Counted from the stretch's first letter, positions 47,790 to 61,590 are shown. The stretch is DNA of 64,000 bases from Mobula hypostoma (GCF_963921235.1 NC_086097.1:218056001-218120000), one strand, 5' to 3'. Notes: generated from the letters alone by a model not told the origin. Numbers and translations: made by a program.

Positions 47790-49910
47790 ATACTGTAACA
47801 AGCTGGACAAATACTGGAATGTGAGATGCAGGCACCTCAGCTGGAGAGCAAGATCGATTAGATTCCATCTGGCAGAACTTATCCCAAAGAATTCCTATCC
47901 ACCACTACCCTCCTGTCTATCAAAATTGGTATTCAGCCGTAACATTTTATTTTTGGCTCCTCCCACTTTCACAAAACTAGAAGTGTAGCTATGAGAACTA
48001 ACATGGTTCCCAGCTATGCCTTTCTTTTCATTGGATATGGCTACATTTAGAACCCAGACTGGCAACACTGCCCAACTCTGCCCTCAAATTCACTAGGTCT
48101 ATCTTTGACAACTATTTCCTCTTTTTTGATCTCTCTCCGTGGGCATCTTTTGCAAACTTACTGACTAGTGAGGTTACAGTGACTATACCTCTTCCCACCC
48201 TGTCACTTGTAAGGATGCAATTCCCTTCTTTCAGTTCCTCTGGCTCCACTACACCAGCTCTTGTGGTGATGCTTTCTACTCCAGGATACCCGAGATGCTC
48301 TCCCCTCCCCCCCACCAACCCCAGAAAGCAGGGCTCCATGCCCAACTGCTATCACTGTTGCCCTTATCCACATCTTCTCCATCTCTCACAAATCTGCCTT
48401 CACCCCATACCCTCAGACGTAACAGGGATAGAGCTCCCCTTGTCATCACTTATCATCTCGTGACGTCTGCATCCAACCTATCATTCTCTGCAATATCCAC
48501 CATCTCAGATGGGATCCCACCATCAGGAACAGATTTCCTTCTGCTTTCTGCAGAGATCACACGCTACGTGACTCCCTTGTCCACTCCTTCCATCCCACCG
48601 ATCCCCCCCACCTCCAGGCACTTATCACTGCCATCATGCAAAATGTTACAACAGCCCCTACATCACATCCCTCACCACCAGTCAGGGCCTTAAAACAGTC
48701 CTTCAAGGTGAGGCAGTGCTTCACACATATCCAATGGCACTATTTATTGAATCTGCAGCTCCCAGTGGAACCTGCTCTACACTGGCGAGACCCCACAGAG
48801 ATTGGGGGGGGGTGGGTGGGGAAGGTTAGGGAAATAGTTTTGTTGAACACCTTCATCTTCTGTGTGGAAGCTTTAGAGAGAGTGCAGAGATTTACCGAGA
48901 GACGCTGTCCGGGTTAGAGAGAATGTCTTTTGAGGACAGGTTGAGTGAGCCAGGGCTTTTCTCTTTGGAGTGGAGGATGATGAGAGGTGATTTGATAGAG
49001 GTGTTTAAGATAATGAGAAGCACAGACAGCCTTTTACTTCAGGATGTCAACGGCTAATACAAGAGGGCATAATTTTAAGGTGATTGGAGAAAAGCATCGG
49101 GGTGGAAGGAGGATGTCAGAGGTTTTTTTTAAACAGTAAAAGTGGTAAGTGCTCTGAACACACCGCTGGGTTGAGAGACAGATGCATTTGGAAGATTTAA
49201 TTGACTTTTAGATACACACATGGGTGAAAGAAAAATGGATGGCTAGGTGAGTTAGATTGACTTGCAGTACGTTAAAAGGTTGGCACATCACTGTCTGAAC
49301 AACCTGTACTGTTCTATGTAACAGCCAATGACCAGTGATTTTAATTTCACTACATGTCAGTCCATGGCCTCCTCTACTGCCAAGGTGATGCTAGATACAG
49401 ATTAGAAGAACAGCACATCATATTCCATTTGGTAGTCTACAACCTAACAGCTTAAACACTGATTTCCCTGACTTCTGGTCACCATTCCTCTCTACCTACC
49501 CGTTTCTTACCCCCCTTATCCCACAGGCCCCATTACCCCTTCTCCTTTTCCTCTGCCCTATTGATCCACGCATTTCCAATGTATTTCTTCCTCTGGTTCT
49601 GCTTCTCACCTCCTTCCCTTTATTCCATAATCCACTGTTCTCTATCAGATTTCATCTTTAGCCATTTGTCACTTCCACCCGTCACCTCCCAGCTTCTGAC
49701 ACCATTCCCACTCCTGCTAATCATCCCTCGGATTCTCCTATAGCTACCTGCTCTTGTCCCACCCTCTTCCCTCACCTTTTTATATTAGCTCCTCCCCTCT
49801 TTTTTCTAGTCCTGATGAAGGGTCTTGACTTGAAACACTGACTGTCCATTTCCCTCCATAAATGCGGCCTGATCCACTGAGTTCCTCCAGCATTTTGGCT
49901 GTTGCTCAGG
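47790..49910 (+). mobile_element. Old Penelope-like element with a CR1 3' fragment inserted at about 48860-49320
   Basis: RRNRDRAPLVITYH and QSFKVRQCFT remnants. Degenerate hammerhead AGTC-CTGATGA...GAAA...GACT at 49808-49843. Confidence 0.7.
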
Positions 49911-50189
49911 ATGGCAATTTGATCTGAAAATGGTCACTATGGCTCCAATTTAATCCCTTGCCTTGATATTTTGGGCACCACCAAAGCAGAGGATGAGATT
50001 TCAGTTCTGTTCACAGGGCCCCGCTGGCTCTGACACGTACATCACACGTGAAATGTTCTAGTTCCTTCACAGATACCACAAGCTAAAATGACAGCAATGA
50101 ATTGTCCATTCAGGTGAAGCTCAGACTTTGCATGCTGAAAAAGATGCAAATGAAAGGTCAGTGTTCTACCAATCAGAAGAGGACTGCAC

Positions 50190-51523
50190 TGATAAAAGAG
50201 AGTTCAAAACTTTATTGAGCTATGACCTGATTAGAATACGCCAGATGATAACCAATATTGTACAGAAAGTTGTACATTTTTTTTACATAGAAAACTTTAC
50301 ATGTCTGTACCATATATATTTCATCCTTCTCCAAATATTTATTTTCTACATCCACAGTGACTAGGAATGCTTGGAACTCCTGTATCCACTTAGTTTTTGT
50401 TTATTAAAGCCCAGTTCACAGCCTCTTAATAATTAGATTTCAATATATTTCATAATCCCAAGCCCCAAAACTGATTCATTATTCAATATATTTAATTTAA
50501 CATCAATTTTATACATAGACAGTAGAACCTACATCAAACATGGACACAGTTTTGTCAGTGCAGATGCACCTCAGATCAACCTGCAATGATTCAAGTTCCA
50601 GTTGACAGGATCAATCACTTTGTTTAAATAATAGGCCCTAGTCTGTAATATACAGGTAGGGAAAACTCATCTTTATTGACAGGGTAACCATTTCACTAAA
50701 TGTATTAATGTAATGGCCTTAGTGCCTCCTTTCACTAACTATTAAGCACATAGCTCCCAGGGTCCAATGCATCTGCATGAGCAATATTAAAGAAAATTTA
50801 AAAATATTCACAAAAGCCAAAAGCAAAAACAACCCAGTGCATACAATGAACAACAAAATTGCAGTGACTCCAACAAATTAACAGAAAATAATGAAATAAA
50901 AGAAATTCATTCTGGAAGAACTATATAGTGTTAAAATTGTATTTTACAGATTTGTATCTCTGTACAACAGATTTCACAGAAGGATGGTCATTATAACTAA
51001 AGATCTTGAGCTGTGCAAACAAAAAATAGTTACTAAATAATGCTCAAGAGACCTGCTAGTATCTGTAAGAAACTCAAAATTAATTATACTTTCTAACCTG
51101 CCTGTAAGATGCAACAAGATTATATTTCCCTTACAGCATAAATATTACTCATTGTCAAACCACAGTACTCATTTAAATATTTCTCCATTATAGGATGTTC
51201 ACTGTATCCTGTTTATGTTCCATCTTTGAGTCCCAGCGTCCTTCTCGACACAAATGACATTTCAATATGTGACGATTCCATGCTGAACACATGTCAGCAC
51301 TCAGTCTATATCTTCAGATAATTAATCCAATAAAATAAATCAGTAGGAACTTAGTTCACAGTTCACTTATCCACATCTTTAGGCAGGTTAAATCAACAGA
51401 TTTAAGCACCATCCTTTACAAAAAGATCAAGGAGGATCAAGGCAGGAGGAGAGAATCAAAGTAGGCAAAATGCCTGGTCCTTTTCAGATTTATAGACAAG
51501 AATGCCTCGGCTAAGATCAGTTA
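50190..51523 (-). other. ARFGEF1: Probable ARFGEF1 3' UTR
   Basis: About 1.3 kb of repeat-free AT-rich sequence after the stop, with minus-strand AATAAA at 50672-50677, 50400-50405 and 50211-50216. The end point is inferred. Confidence 0.6.
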
Positions 51524-51691
51524 TCATTCCTTGTTGGTGAATCCATGCTCTTGCTCTGAAGGATGAGAGATTTTAAAGACTAAACCAATGCGGAGATAAA
51601 ACTTTCGTAGAACAGCCCTCAGTTCAGGAATCAGATTAAATTGCATAATTTCACACAAAAGGGGGTAGTACCTTGATGCATGGGCCTTGAA
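51524..51691 (-). CDS. ARFGEF1: Brefeldin A-inhibited guanine nucleotide-exchange protein 1 (BIG1), last coding exon
   Basis: CAG acceptor at 51694-51692. [41 protein letters not shown]...* matches the BIG1/2 C-terminus; adjacency to CSPP1 favours ARFGEF1. Confidence 0.95.
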   Translation of the reverse strand, partial: FKAHASRYYPLLCEIMQFNLIPELRAVLRKFYLRIGLVFKISHPSEQEHGFTNKE

Positions 51692-51912
51692 CTGTAATGG
51701 AAACATAGAAAAGATAAATCATTTTAAAGCGGACATATCAAGATAGTTTGCACATATTTATCCAGGTGTAATCAATATCTCTAATGCTACGTTGCTGAAT
51801 TATCTGTTTTCAAAAGCAACCTCTTCCACTAGAAATGAAGCAAAATCAAGAGATGATTCCATATGTAAATATTTAACAATCTTTTGACGCCCTTGTGCTC
51901 AATACTTTATTG

Positions 51913-54467
51913 TAGTGGTCACCAACCTTTTTAAGCCCAAGATCCCCTACCTCGACCTTAGTGAAAGGCAAGATCTACCTACTAAATCGTTTAGAGAAAA
52001 CACAGCTCAGATTGTACTTCCAATTTGAGGCCTTTTATTTGGGCTAATTGTATTTGAATTACACAAAATACTTCTGTCAAACTTTCAAATTAGTTCAAAC
52101 AAGAAAACACTGTAACTGGCATATCAAACAGGCCATAGCTATCTTTCTTTAAGAATATTACAATACTTCACACCTTTAATTCTAAGTTTCATTATTTAGT
52201 TTTATTTCAACATGAAAAATAAATGAATAAAAATTGCCCGTTGTACTCAGCGTGATGACTGGGGCTGAAAACTTTCTGCTAGTTCCCTGAAATTTGGCTC
52301 ATAACTACAGACAGCCAGTCTGAGACAGTCTGTGAGGTGTCTGTCAGTAAAAGAGCTCCTGTACTTAGATTTAATAATTTTTATCTGTGAAAATGCAATT
52401 TCACACAGATAAGTTGACCTGAAGTAGGCACTGACTTTTAGTGCACATGCGGTGAAATAAGGAAACTTCTCCCTGCTGACAAGCCCCCAAAAGTCACCGT
52501 CCCTGATCTTGCTTTAAGCTTGATGTCACTTTGCAAATCCATTATTTCCATTTCAGAATCACTTGGCACACCAAATACTTGCTGGAGTTTGGCTGCTATC
52601 TGTTCTATATCGATCGGCTGAAACGGGTTTGAAAAAAATGCAGCAATATCTTTCATGACGTTTAACTCCCCAAAACGCCAATCGAACTCTATTGCCAGTT
52701 TGCACAGTACCGCTCAGGGCGAAGAGCATTTTTTTCCGTGATGGCCAGTAACATTTTTTCCAAGTTGGGAAGGTGTGTCAGCCTCCCTTTCTTTAAATTT
52801 GAAATCCAAACACCGAGCTTGGCCTTAAACGCAATTACTGCGCTTATCATGTGGGTTAGGTGTTGGTCTTTTCCCATGAGCTCGTTATTAAGTGCGTTTA
52901 ATTTAGCCGTTATGTCTCTCAGAAACGCTAAATCCAGTAGCCATGCATCATCTGAAAGCTCCTCGTGCTCCTCGTTTCTTGTTGACAGGAAAGTCTTTAT
53001 CTCAGGCAGCAAGTCAAGAAATTGTTGGAGCACTTTGCTGTGACTCAACCACCGAACATCAGCATGAAGAATTATGTCTCCTTAAGCAGCATCAAACTCA
53101 TCCAATAACACCCTGAATAAGCAGTGCTGAAGCACTTTTGTTCGAACCAAGTTTATCAGTTTGACCACCAGTGTCATTACATGAGAAAAGTCCACGACCT
53201 TCCCAGCCAAGGCCTGCTGATGAATCACACAGTGATAATCCAGGAAGCTGAGAAAATCAGGGTCATTACAGCACAGTGCTATAAAACCAATGGGCACACC
53301 ACGCATTGCTGGGGCCCCATCAGTAGTAATTGCCACCAGTTTATGAATGGGGATGTCATTTTCATGGATATATTTTTTAAACTCATTGTAGATATCCTCA
53401 CCTCTCGTTCTCTCCTTTAATTGCAAAAGAGTGAGGAAGTCCTCCTTTGTTGTAAAATCCTGGAAAGCCATTCTGACAAATACAACAAGCTGAGCTGTTC
53501 GCATTACATCCAGGGATTCATCGAACTGCAGTGAAGAGTATTCAGAGTGACAAGTCCTTTAACACTTATTGATCCCCTTCCTCTGATGGTGACTCTACCC
53601 TCCTTGTCACTGTTGCAGGGCCAAGCGGTATATTATGTATTGCGGTCGTGATGTCGCTTTTGTCTTTAAAGTCATTAAAAACAGTCTCTGTGGTAATGAC
53701 CATTGCTTCCTTGAATAAATCGCCATCTGTAAAAGGCTTCTTGTGTTTAGCCAAAAGGTGACTTACAGGAAATGATGCTTCAATAGCAGCCTGTTTTGAG
53801 CAGCATGTTTTGTGGAAAAGGATTGCTGGGCCTTCAACCCCGATTTCAGCTCCTCAAATTTCCTGGCATGAATTGCGCTCTTTAGGGGGTAGGTGTTTTT
53901 AAATTTCTGGTGGTTGGTGTCGTGGTGCCGCTCCAGATTTCCTATTTTAGACAGTGCTTATGTTTGGTGGCACAACATACATACACACTTGTCTTTCACC
54001 AAGGTAAATAGAAATTCCTCTTCCCATTCTGGATGGAAGTTGTACGTTTTCGCCTTCTTTCGTAGAGCCTCCGCCATGCTAGATAGCTACCTTGCAGGAT
54101 ATCACGAGTGAGTGCCGTATATTGATGTTTGCGACAGTCTCTGTACTCCTATCTAATCTAATTAGTTACTTTGATGCAGCACAGGCTACGCTGAAAATGC
54201 GGTGCATGGCGAGGGAGCTACACACATGAGCACTGGGCAGAAAGAACGGAACTAAAACCCCGCAACCCGGAAACAATCTCTCTTTACAAATAGTTTTCAA
54301 TAGCGAAAATATTGCTATATTACCATTATCCTAATTAGTATTAGTTAGTTTTTTAATGCTCACATTACAGCACTATTTGTGTATTTATTTTTCATTTTTT
54401 TCGGGACCGACTGGGAAAGTCTCAAAGATCGACCGGTCGATCGCGATCGACGGGTTGGCGACCCCTA
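51913..54467 (-). mobile_element. hAT transposon (Charlie group, SPIN/OC1/GTF2IRD2-like transposase), full length, 2555 bp
   Basis: Perfect 8-bp TSD CTTTATTG (51905-51912, 54468-54475). TIRs TAGTGGTCACCAACC / GGTTGGCGACCCCTA. Confidence 0.95.
52247..54077 (-). pseudogene. hAT transposase with frameshifts and stops
   Basis: BED-type finger (KCVCMLC...LERHH), AKHKKPFTDG, ITTDGAPAM, YHCVIHQQAL and WLLDLAFLRDIT, spread over several frames. Confidence 0.9.
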
Positions 54468-54929
54468 CTTTATTGGTTCTCACTCTTAATGCACTGAAAA
54501 TTTGTACATTCAACCTTCATGACACTGAAAAATATGCTAACTTGATTGATATAAATACTGTATTAATCTCACTTGATCTTAATAAAATGGCTTTGCCTAA
54601 ACGTGTGTCCATTTCCATTGGTAAGCAGATGTGGAGGCCATGTTAATAAGGAATACAGGGATGACATTGCATATTGCAGGAAAAACACTTACAATTTAAC
54701 AATCAGTTTTACCAGGATATATTAGAAATTTTGTATTACATGTTCAACAGTAATTATGAACAATGAATTGCTGCTAGTTGGGATAATTTTCTAAGTGAAC
54801 ACCACTCAGTCAGCACTTAAATTATATGTCTGTAAAAATATTCTGAGATGACTGAGACTGGAAACAAAATATATTGAATAGGTCAACAACTGTCAGTGCC
54901 AAAATACTTTGACACTGAACATTAAATGT

Positions 54930-55590
54930 TCATCTGTCTGGAAGTTGGTGACCTGTGATGATCTGCAGGGATCTGTTCTGGAATCCCTGCTTTTTGTGAT
55001 TTTTTATTAATGTCTTAGATGAAGAATTGGAATTGGAAGGGTGGGTTAGAAAGATGACACGAAGGTTAGTGTTGTGCAGTGTGTAAAAGGTTGTCATAGG
55101 TTAGAACAGGACATTGATAGGATTTAGATTGAGTTGATAAGTGGCAGATGGAGTTAAATCCTGAGAAGTGTCAATCGATACACTTTGGAAAGTTGAACTT
55201 AAAGCAGAAAACAAGGTTAGTGGCAGGATTCTTAGCAGTGTGGAGTAACTGAAGAATCTTGGGGTCCAAGTCCATAAATCCCTCAAAGCTGCCAATGATA
55301 GAATGATAAATGGTTTGTTGGCTTCATTAATCAGGGAATGAGTTCAAGAGTTGTGAGGTAATGTTTAACGCTATAAAAATCACATTTTGAGTATTATGTT
55401 CAGTTCTTCTCACCTAATTAAAAGAAGAATGTGAAAACATTAGAGAGAGTGCAGAGGAGATTTACCAGAATGCTTAGAGAACATGTCTTATGAGGAAAGG
55501 CTGAGTGAACTAGGGCCTTCCTCTTTGATGCAGAGGAGGATAAGAGGTGACTTGATAGAGACATACAAGATTATGAGGCATTATAAGAGG
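54930..55590 (+). mobile_element. Decayed CR1 RT/3' fragment
   Basis: SYEERLSELG...RIRGDLIETYKIM. Confidence 0.75.
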
Positions 55591-55602
55591 GATAGGCATA
55601 AG

Positions 55603-55825
55603 GTGTGGCACGTTAGTGTAGCGGTTATCACAATTACTTTGCAGCACCATCAACGGTTTGATTTCTGCCACTGAATTTGTATGTTCTCTCTGTGACCACT
55701 AGGTGTCCTCCAGAGGTTTCAGTTTCTTCCCACATTCCAAGGACATATGGTTAGGGTTAGCGAGTTGTGGGATGCTATGTTGGTGCCAGAAGCATGGCGA
55801 CACAGACAGCTCCCTAGATACAGCA
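55603..55825 (+). mobile_element. V-SINE-like tRNA-derived SINE, decayed
   Basis: GGCACGTTAGTGTAGCGGTT head and TTTGTATGTTCTC...GTTTCTTCCCACATTCCAAGGAC central segment typical of the V domain. Recognised from memory of the family. Confidence 0.65.
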
Positions 55826-55829
55826 ACCT

Positions 55830-56075
55830 GGAGATGATCAGATACTCTGTTGTGATTTGAGGGATAAAATACTGACCAGAACACTGAAATAATCTCTCAC
55901 ATTTTTTTTAAATAATGGAATGGAATCTTTTACAGCCATATGCAAGAGAAGACAGGGCCTCATCTGTAAGACAATACCTTCAACAGTGCACCATTCTCGC
56001 ACTACTGCAGTGGAGTGTTAGCCTTTAAGCACTTCATTGCTGGAGTGAGACTTGAACCTGTAGTCTTCCAACTCA
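55830..56075 (-). mobile_element. Ancient Deu-domain SINE (SacSINE1/AmnSINE1-like)
   Basis: Minus strand GGTTCAAGTCTCACTCCAG...GGCTAACACTCCACTGCAG...TGCACTGTTGAAGG...TAAAAGATTCCAT...TATTTTATCCCTCAA resembles the SacSINE1/Deu consensus as I recall it. Confidence 0.65.
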
Positions 56076-56160
56076 AAAATATTAATTGCCTAATGAAAGT
56101 GTCCAACTTTTCTGAATCAACTAAAGACTCATCATAATCAACAATAAATCTCTATTTTCA

Positions 56161-56331
<171 letters not shown>

Positions 56332-56422
56332 TCAATCAATTAAATACAATTCACAAGAATCACTGTATGTGCAGTACTGTATAAAAATATATACAGCTTA
56401 GTTGCAAACCACATTTTTGAAT

Positions 56423-57325
56423 ACAAACAAGAGAAAATCCAAACAACACAAATGCTGGAGGAACTCAGCAGGCCAGGCAGCATCTATGGAAAAGAGTACA
56501 GTCGACCTTTCAGGCCGAAACCCTTCAGCAGGACTGGAGAAAAACAGCCGAGGAATAGATTTAAAAAGGTCGGGGGGGGGGAAGGGGAGAGACAAACACA
56601 AAGTGATAGGAGAAACCTGAAGGGGGAGGGATGAAGTCAAGAACTTGGAAGTTGAGAGCTGAAAGAGGCAGAAGGACCTGGAAGAAAGAAAAGGGAGGGA
56701 GGAGCACCAGAGCAGGCGCTGGGTGGGCCAGGAGACAAGGTGTGAGAGGGAAAAGGGGGTGGGAAATGGTGAAGGGGGATGGGGGGGGTAGTTGGGGGGC
56801 ATTACCAGAATTGTGAGAAATCGATGTTAATGACATCAGGCTGGAGGCTACTCAAATGGAATATAAGGTATTGTTCCTCCAATCTAAGTGTTGCCTTATC
56901 ACAATGATGGAGGAGGCCATGGTTGGACATATTGGATTGGGAATGGGAAGCGGAATTAAAACGGGTAGCCACCAGGAGATCCTGTTTTTTTTCTGACGGA
57001 TGGAGCACAGGTTCTCAGTGAAGCACCATCTCCAACGGGATCACACCACCAAGCACTTCTTTCCCTCCACCCCACTTTCCACGGGGATCGCTCCCTACGT
57101 GACTCCCTTGTCCATTCGTTCCTCCCAGCACTTCTCCTTGCAAGTGGAACAAGTGCTACACCTGCCCCTACACCTCCTCCTTCACTATCTTTCAGGGCCC
57201 TAAATAGTGCTTCCAGGTGAGACAACACTTCACCTGAGTCTGTTGGGGTCATATAATGTGTCTGGTGCTCCCAGTGTGGCCTCCTGTACATTGGTGAGAC
57301 CTGATGTAGATTGTGAGACTGCTTC
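56423..57325. mobile_element. Penelope-like element with inverted segments
   Basis: Minus-strand terminal repeat and GIY-YIG tail (QDLLVATRFNS...EEQYLIFHL) at 56423-56990, then a plus-strand upstream piece at 57020-57325. Mutated hammerhead at 56499-56535. Confidence 0.8.
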
Positions 57326-57524
57326 TCCACAGCGCACCACCAGGCACATCTCTCCAGTTCGCTTTCCTCTCACTCGCTTCTTCAGTGCTTGTGGTGATAG
57401 TTTATCACAATTTATTTCAAAAATGTGTTATTAATAATGGTTTCAATCTAATTCCTTTGCTCTCAAACCACAAGTAAGTTGTCGCATGTCTTCAGTACGC
57501 CATCTTAAGCCGGAAGTTTAAGGA

Positions 57525-60455
57525 TCCAACTGATGGCTTTGTTGCAAAGTTTACAGGCGTTATGAAGATACGTGAAGGGGCAGGTAGTTTTGAAGAAGTA
57601 AAGATGCCACAGAAGGATAGACGGCTTAGGAGAATGGGCAAATAAATGGCAGGTGGAATACAGTGTCGGGAAGTGTATGATCATCCACTTTGGTAGAAGA
57701 AATGAAAGGGTTGACTATTTTCTATATGGCGAGAAAATACAAAAAATTGAGGTGCAAAGGGACGGGCAGGATTACCTAGAGGTCAATTTGCAGGTTGAGT
57801 CTGCGGTGAGGAAGGCAAATGTGATGTTAGCATTCGAGGACTAGAATATACAAGCAAGGATGTAATGTTGAGACTTGATAAAGCACTGGTGAGGCCTCAC
57901 TGGGAGTATTGTGAGCAGTTGTGGGCCTTTTGTCTTAGAAAGGATATAGTGAAACTAAAGAAAGTTCAAAGGAGGTTCACAAAAATTATTCCAGGATTGA
58001 ATGGTTTGTCATATAAAGAGCGTCTGATGGTTTTGGGCCTGTATTCACCACAATTCTAATAACTGAGAGATGACCTCATTAAACTCCATTGATTGGTGAA
58101 AAGCCTCGTTAGACTGGATGTGGAGAGGATGTGTCCTATGGTGGGAGAGTCGAAGACCAGAGGACACGGCCTCAGAATAGAGGGGCATCCTTTTAGAATG
58201 GAGATGAGGAAGAATTCCTTTAGCCAGAGAGTGAATCTGTAGAATTCTTTGCCACAGGTGGCTGTGTATATTTATGGCAGAAGTTGATAGATTCTTGGTT
58301 GGTCAGGGTGTGAAGGGACATGGGGAGAAGGCAGGAGATTGGGGCCAAGAGGAAAATCGGATCAGCCATGATGAAATGGCGGAGCACACTCAGTGGGCCA
58401 AATAGCCTAATTCTGCTCCTACATTTTATGCTCTTATCCTCTCTTCACCTTAAAGCTACGTTCTCCAGCTTTGAACATTTTCATCCTGTAGAAGAAATTG
58501 ACCATCTAACCTATGCTTCTTGTAATTTCATACACCCCAGTAGATTGCTCCTCAGCCTCTGAAGCTCCAGAGAAAACAATCCAAGAGCCATAGAAATCAT
58601 AAAACACTACAGCACAGAAACCAGGTCCTTTAGCCCATCTAATCCTTGCTGAATTATTAATTTACCCCGTCTGAATTTTGTCCAACCTCTCATCATAGGG
58701 AATACATTTTATTCCAAGCAATGTCTGAGTGAACTCCTGCACCGTCGCCAAAGCTTCCACATCCTTTCTGTAACGTGGCAAGCAGAACTGCGCACAATAT
58801 TCCACATGTAGCTTAACCACAGTTTTAAAGAGTTCCATCAGAGAGGTAGCTCAAAATGAAGAAATCTTTTGGCTCTATTCTTAACTGTGGTGTGGACATG
58901 AATAATGGTTCAGAAAAAGTTATCATTCCACAGGAAATAAATTTGGTTGATCGATGTCACTGGAGTTAATTTAACACATCACTGAGGACTGGGGAGGTGT
59001 TGGTGACTCCAGTGTAAATGATATCCTCATATCTTTTAAAATGTAGCAATATAGCACTGTCATTTTGTACAGATGACTGAGTCTGACATCAGTAGTGGGA
59101 AAGTTATTAGAAGGATCGGATATATGAGTATTTGGGTAAACACAGACTGTTTAAGGATAGCAAGCATGGCTTCGGCTTCATGCGTGGTAGGTCATATCTA
59201 ACCAATCTTTTTTTTCGAGAGTTTTTCGAGAAAGTTACCAGGAAAGTGGATGAAGGCAAAGCAGTAGATGGTGTCTACATGGACTTAGCAAGGCATCTGA
59301 CAAGGTCTCGCATGGCAGGTTGGTCAAGAAGGTTCAGTTGCTTAGCATTCAAGATGATGTAGTAAACTGGATTAGACATTGGCTTTGTGGGAGAAGCCAG
59401 TGAGCTGTAGTAGATGGTTGCTTCTCTGATTGGAGGCCTGTGACTAGTGTAGTGCTTCAGGGATCAGTGCTGGGTGTGTTGTTTGTCATCTATATCAATC
59501 ATCTGGATGATAATGTGATTAAGTGGATCAGCAAATCTGCAGATGACACCAGGATTAGGGGTTTACTGGACAGCAAGGAAGGCTATCGTGGCTCACAGAG
59601 GGATCGGGATCGGCATCAGCTGGAAAAATGGACTGAAAAATGACAGGTGGAATTTAATGCAGACACACAGGAGGTGTTGCATTTTGGTAAGGTCAACCAA
59701 GGTAGGACTTACACAGTGTACAGTAGGGCACTGTGGAGTGCAGTAGAGCAAAGGGATCTGGGAATACAAGTCATAATTCATTGAAAGTTGCATTACAGGT
59801 AGATAGGGTCATAAAGCAAGCTCTTGGCACATTGGCCTTCATAAAGCAAAATACTGACTACTGGAAATGGGGTGTTATGTTAAAGTTGTATAAGACGTTG
59901 GTGACAATTAATTTGGAGCATTGTGTTCAGTTTTGGTCACCTACCTAACAAGAAAGATGTAAACAAGGTTGAAAGAGTATGGAGAAAATTTACAAGGATG
60001 TTGTTGAGTCCAGAGGATCTGAGTTGTAAGGAAAGATTGAATAAGTTAGGACTTTATTCCTTAGAACATATAAGATTGAGAGGAGATTTGACAGAGGCAT
60101 ACAAAATTATGAGTGGTATAGATAGGGTAAATGCAAGCAGTCTCTTTCTACAGAGGTTGGGTGGGACTATAACCAGAGGTCAAGGGTTAAGGGTGAAAGG
60201 AAAAATGTTTAAGGGCAACATGAGGGAAAACTTCTTCACTCAGAAGGTCATTAAGAGTGTGGAACAGGCTTCCAGTGCAAGTGGTGAATGCGAGCTCAAT
60301 TTCAATGTTTAAGTGAAGTCTGGATTGGTACATGAATGGTAGGAGTATGGAGGGCTATGGTCCCTGTGCAGGTAGATGGAAGAAGGCAGTTTAAATGGTT
60401 TCCGCACAGACTAGATGGGCCAAAGGGCCTGTTCCCAAACTGTACTTTTTTTTAC
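57525..60455. mobile_element. Three decayed CR1 fragments (+ 57525-58430, - 58440-58830, + 59075-60455)
   Basis: LVRPHWEYCEQLW, VLQGSVLG...KSADDT and KVERVWRKFTRML. Confidence 0.8.
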
Positions 60456-60710
60456 GACTTTCAGACATCAAGCAGTTGCAGAGAAACCCCACCCACAGAA
60501 CAGTTAACATACACCCATGAGCAGAAGTGGCAGGTTTACACAGCAATCCTAACTACTGCATATACACAAAGAAATATCATAATTTCCTAATTATGATAAA
60601 TGGGTGATTTTATTTCCCCTCTCCCCATTACACAATGTTTGTTAACAAATTGAGAAGCATCAAAAATACTGCTGAGTTTTCCAACTACAGTCATAAGAAT
60701 TGTTACTTAC

Positions 60711-60849
60711 TTTAATAATCGATGCTGAACTTCCGCCCAGGCATCACTACGATTTTCATCTGTGTACATTCGAAACAGGATACGCAACCCACAAGCAATG
60801 CTACTGGTCTCTTGCTTTAAAAGATTGGGCTTCGATTTGCCTTTGAAGC
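60711..60849 (-). CDS. ARFGEF1: BIG1 third-from-last coding exon
   Basis: TAG acceptor at 60852-60850, GTAAGT donor at 60710. 139 bp encoding (G)[45 protein letters not shown](N). Confidence 0.95.
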
Positions 60850-61019
60850 CTATGTCAACAGAAAAGACACAAAATAAAACAAAAATTGTGGTCTAGCCAA
60901 TAAAACTATATTTGGTTTTGAACTGGAGTTACTTTACATGCATACACATGAAATTACTTGAGCCCCATAACATTTGCGACAATATACAAACAGACTGCCT
61001 TTCAGCAGAAAATGTAGGT

Positions 61020-61590
61020 TCAAAGTTCAAAGTAAACTTATTATCAAAGTACATGTGTTACCATATACAACCCTGAGGTTCATTTTCTTGTGGGCATACT
61101 CAATAAATTCATGATAGAATAATAGCCATTATAGAATCAATGAAAGACATCACCAGCTTGGGTGTTCAATCAGTGTGCACAAGACACAAACTGTGCAAAT
61201 ACAAAAAGATACAATAATAAAAAATAAATAAATAAGCAATAAATATTGAGAACATGAGATGTAGAGTCCTTAAAAGTGAGTCTATAGATTGTGGGAACAT
61301 TTTAATGAAGAAGTGAAGTTGAGTGAAATTATCCCTTTTGGTTCAAGAGCCTGATGGTTGAGGAGTAATAACTATTCCTGAACCTGATGGTGAGCCCTGA
61401 GACTCCTGTATGTTCTTTCTGATGGCAACAGTGAGAAGAGACCGTGTCCTGGGTGGCGGGCATCCCTGATGATGGATGCTGCTTTCGTGCGACAACGAGA
61501 ATGCTTAATGACGGGGAGGGCTTTACCCATGATGGACTGCACCATATCCACTGCTTTCTGTAGGATTTTAGAATTGGTCCATTCATACTT
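61020..61590 (-). mobile_element. Rex1/Babar-like 3' end
   Basis: KAASIIRDARHPGHGLFSLLPSERTYRSL and TTCAAAGTTCAAAGT tail. Confidence 0.75.

Noticed and set aside
52247..54077. GTF2IRD2/EPM2AIP1/ZBED-like host gene
   Set aside because: Bounded by TIRs and a TSD and broken by frameshifts, so it is a transposon copy.
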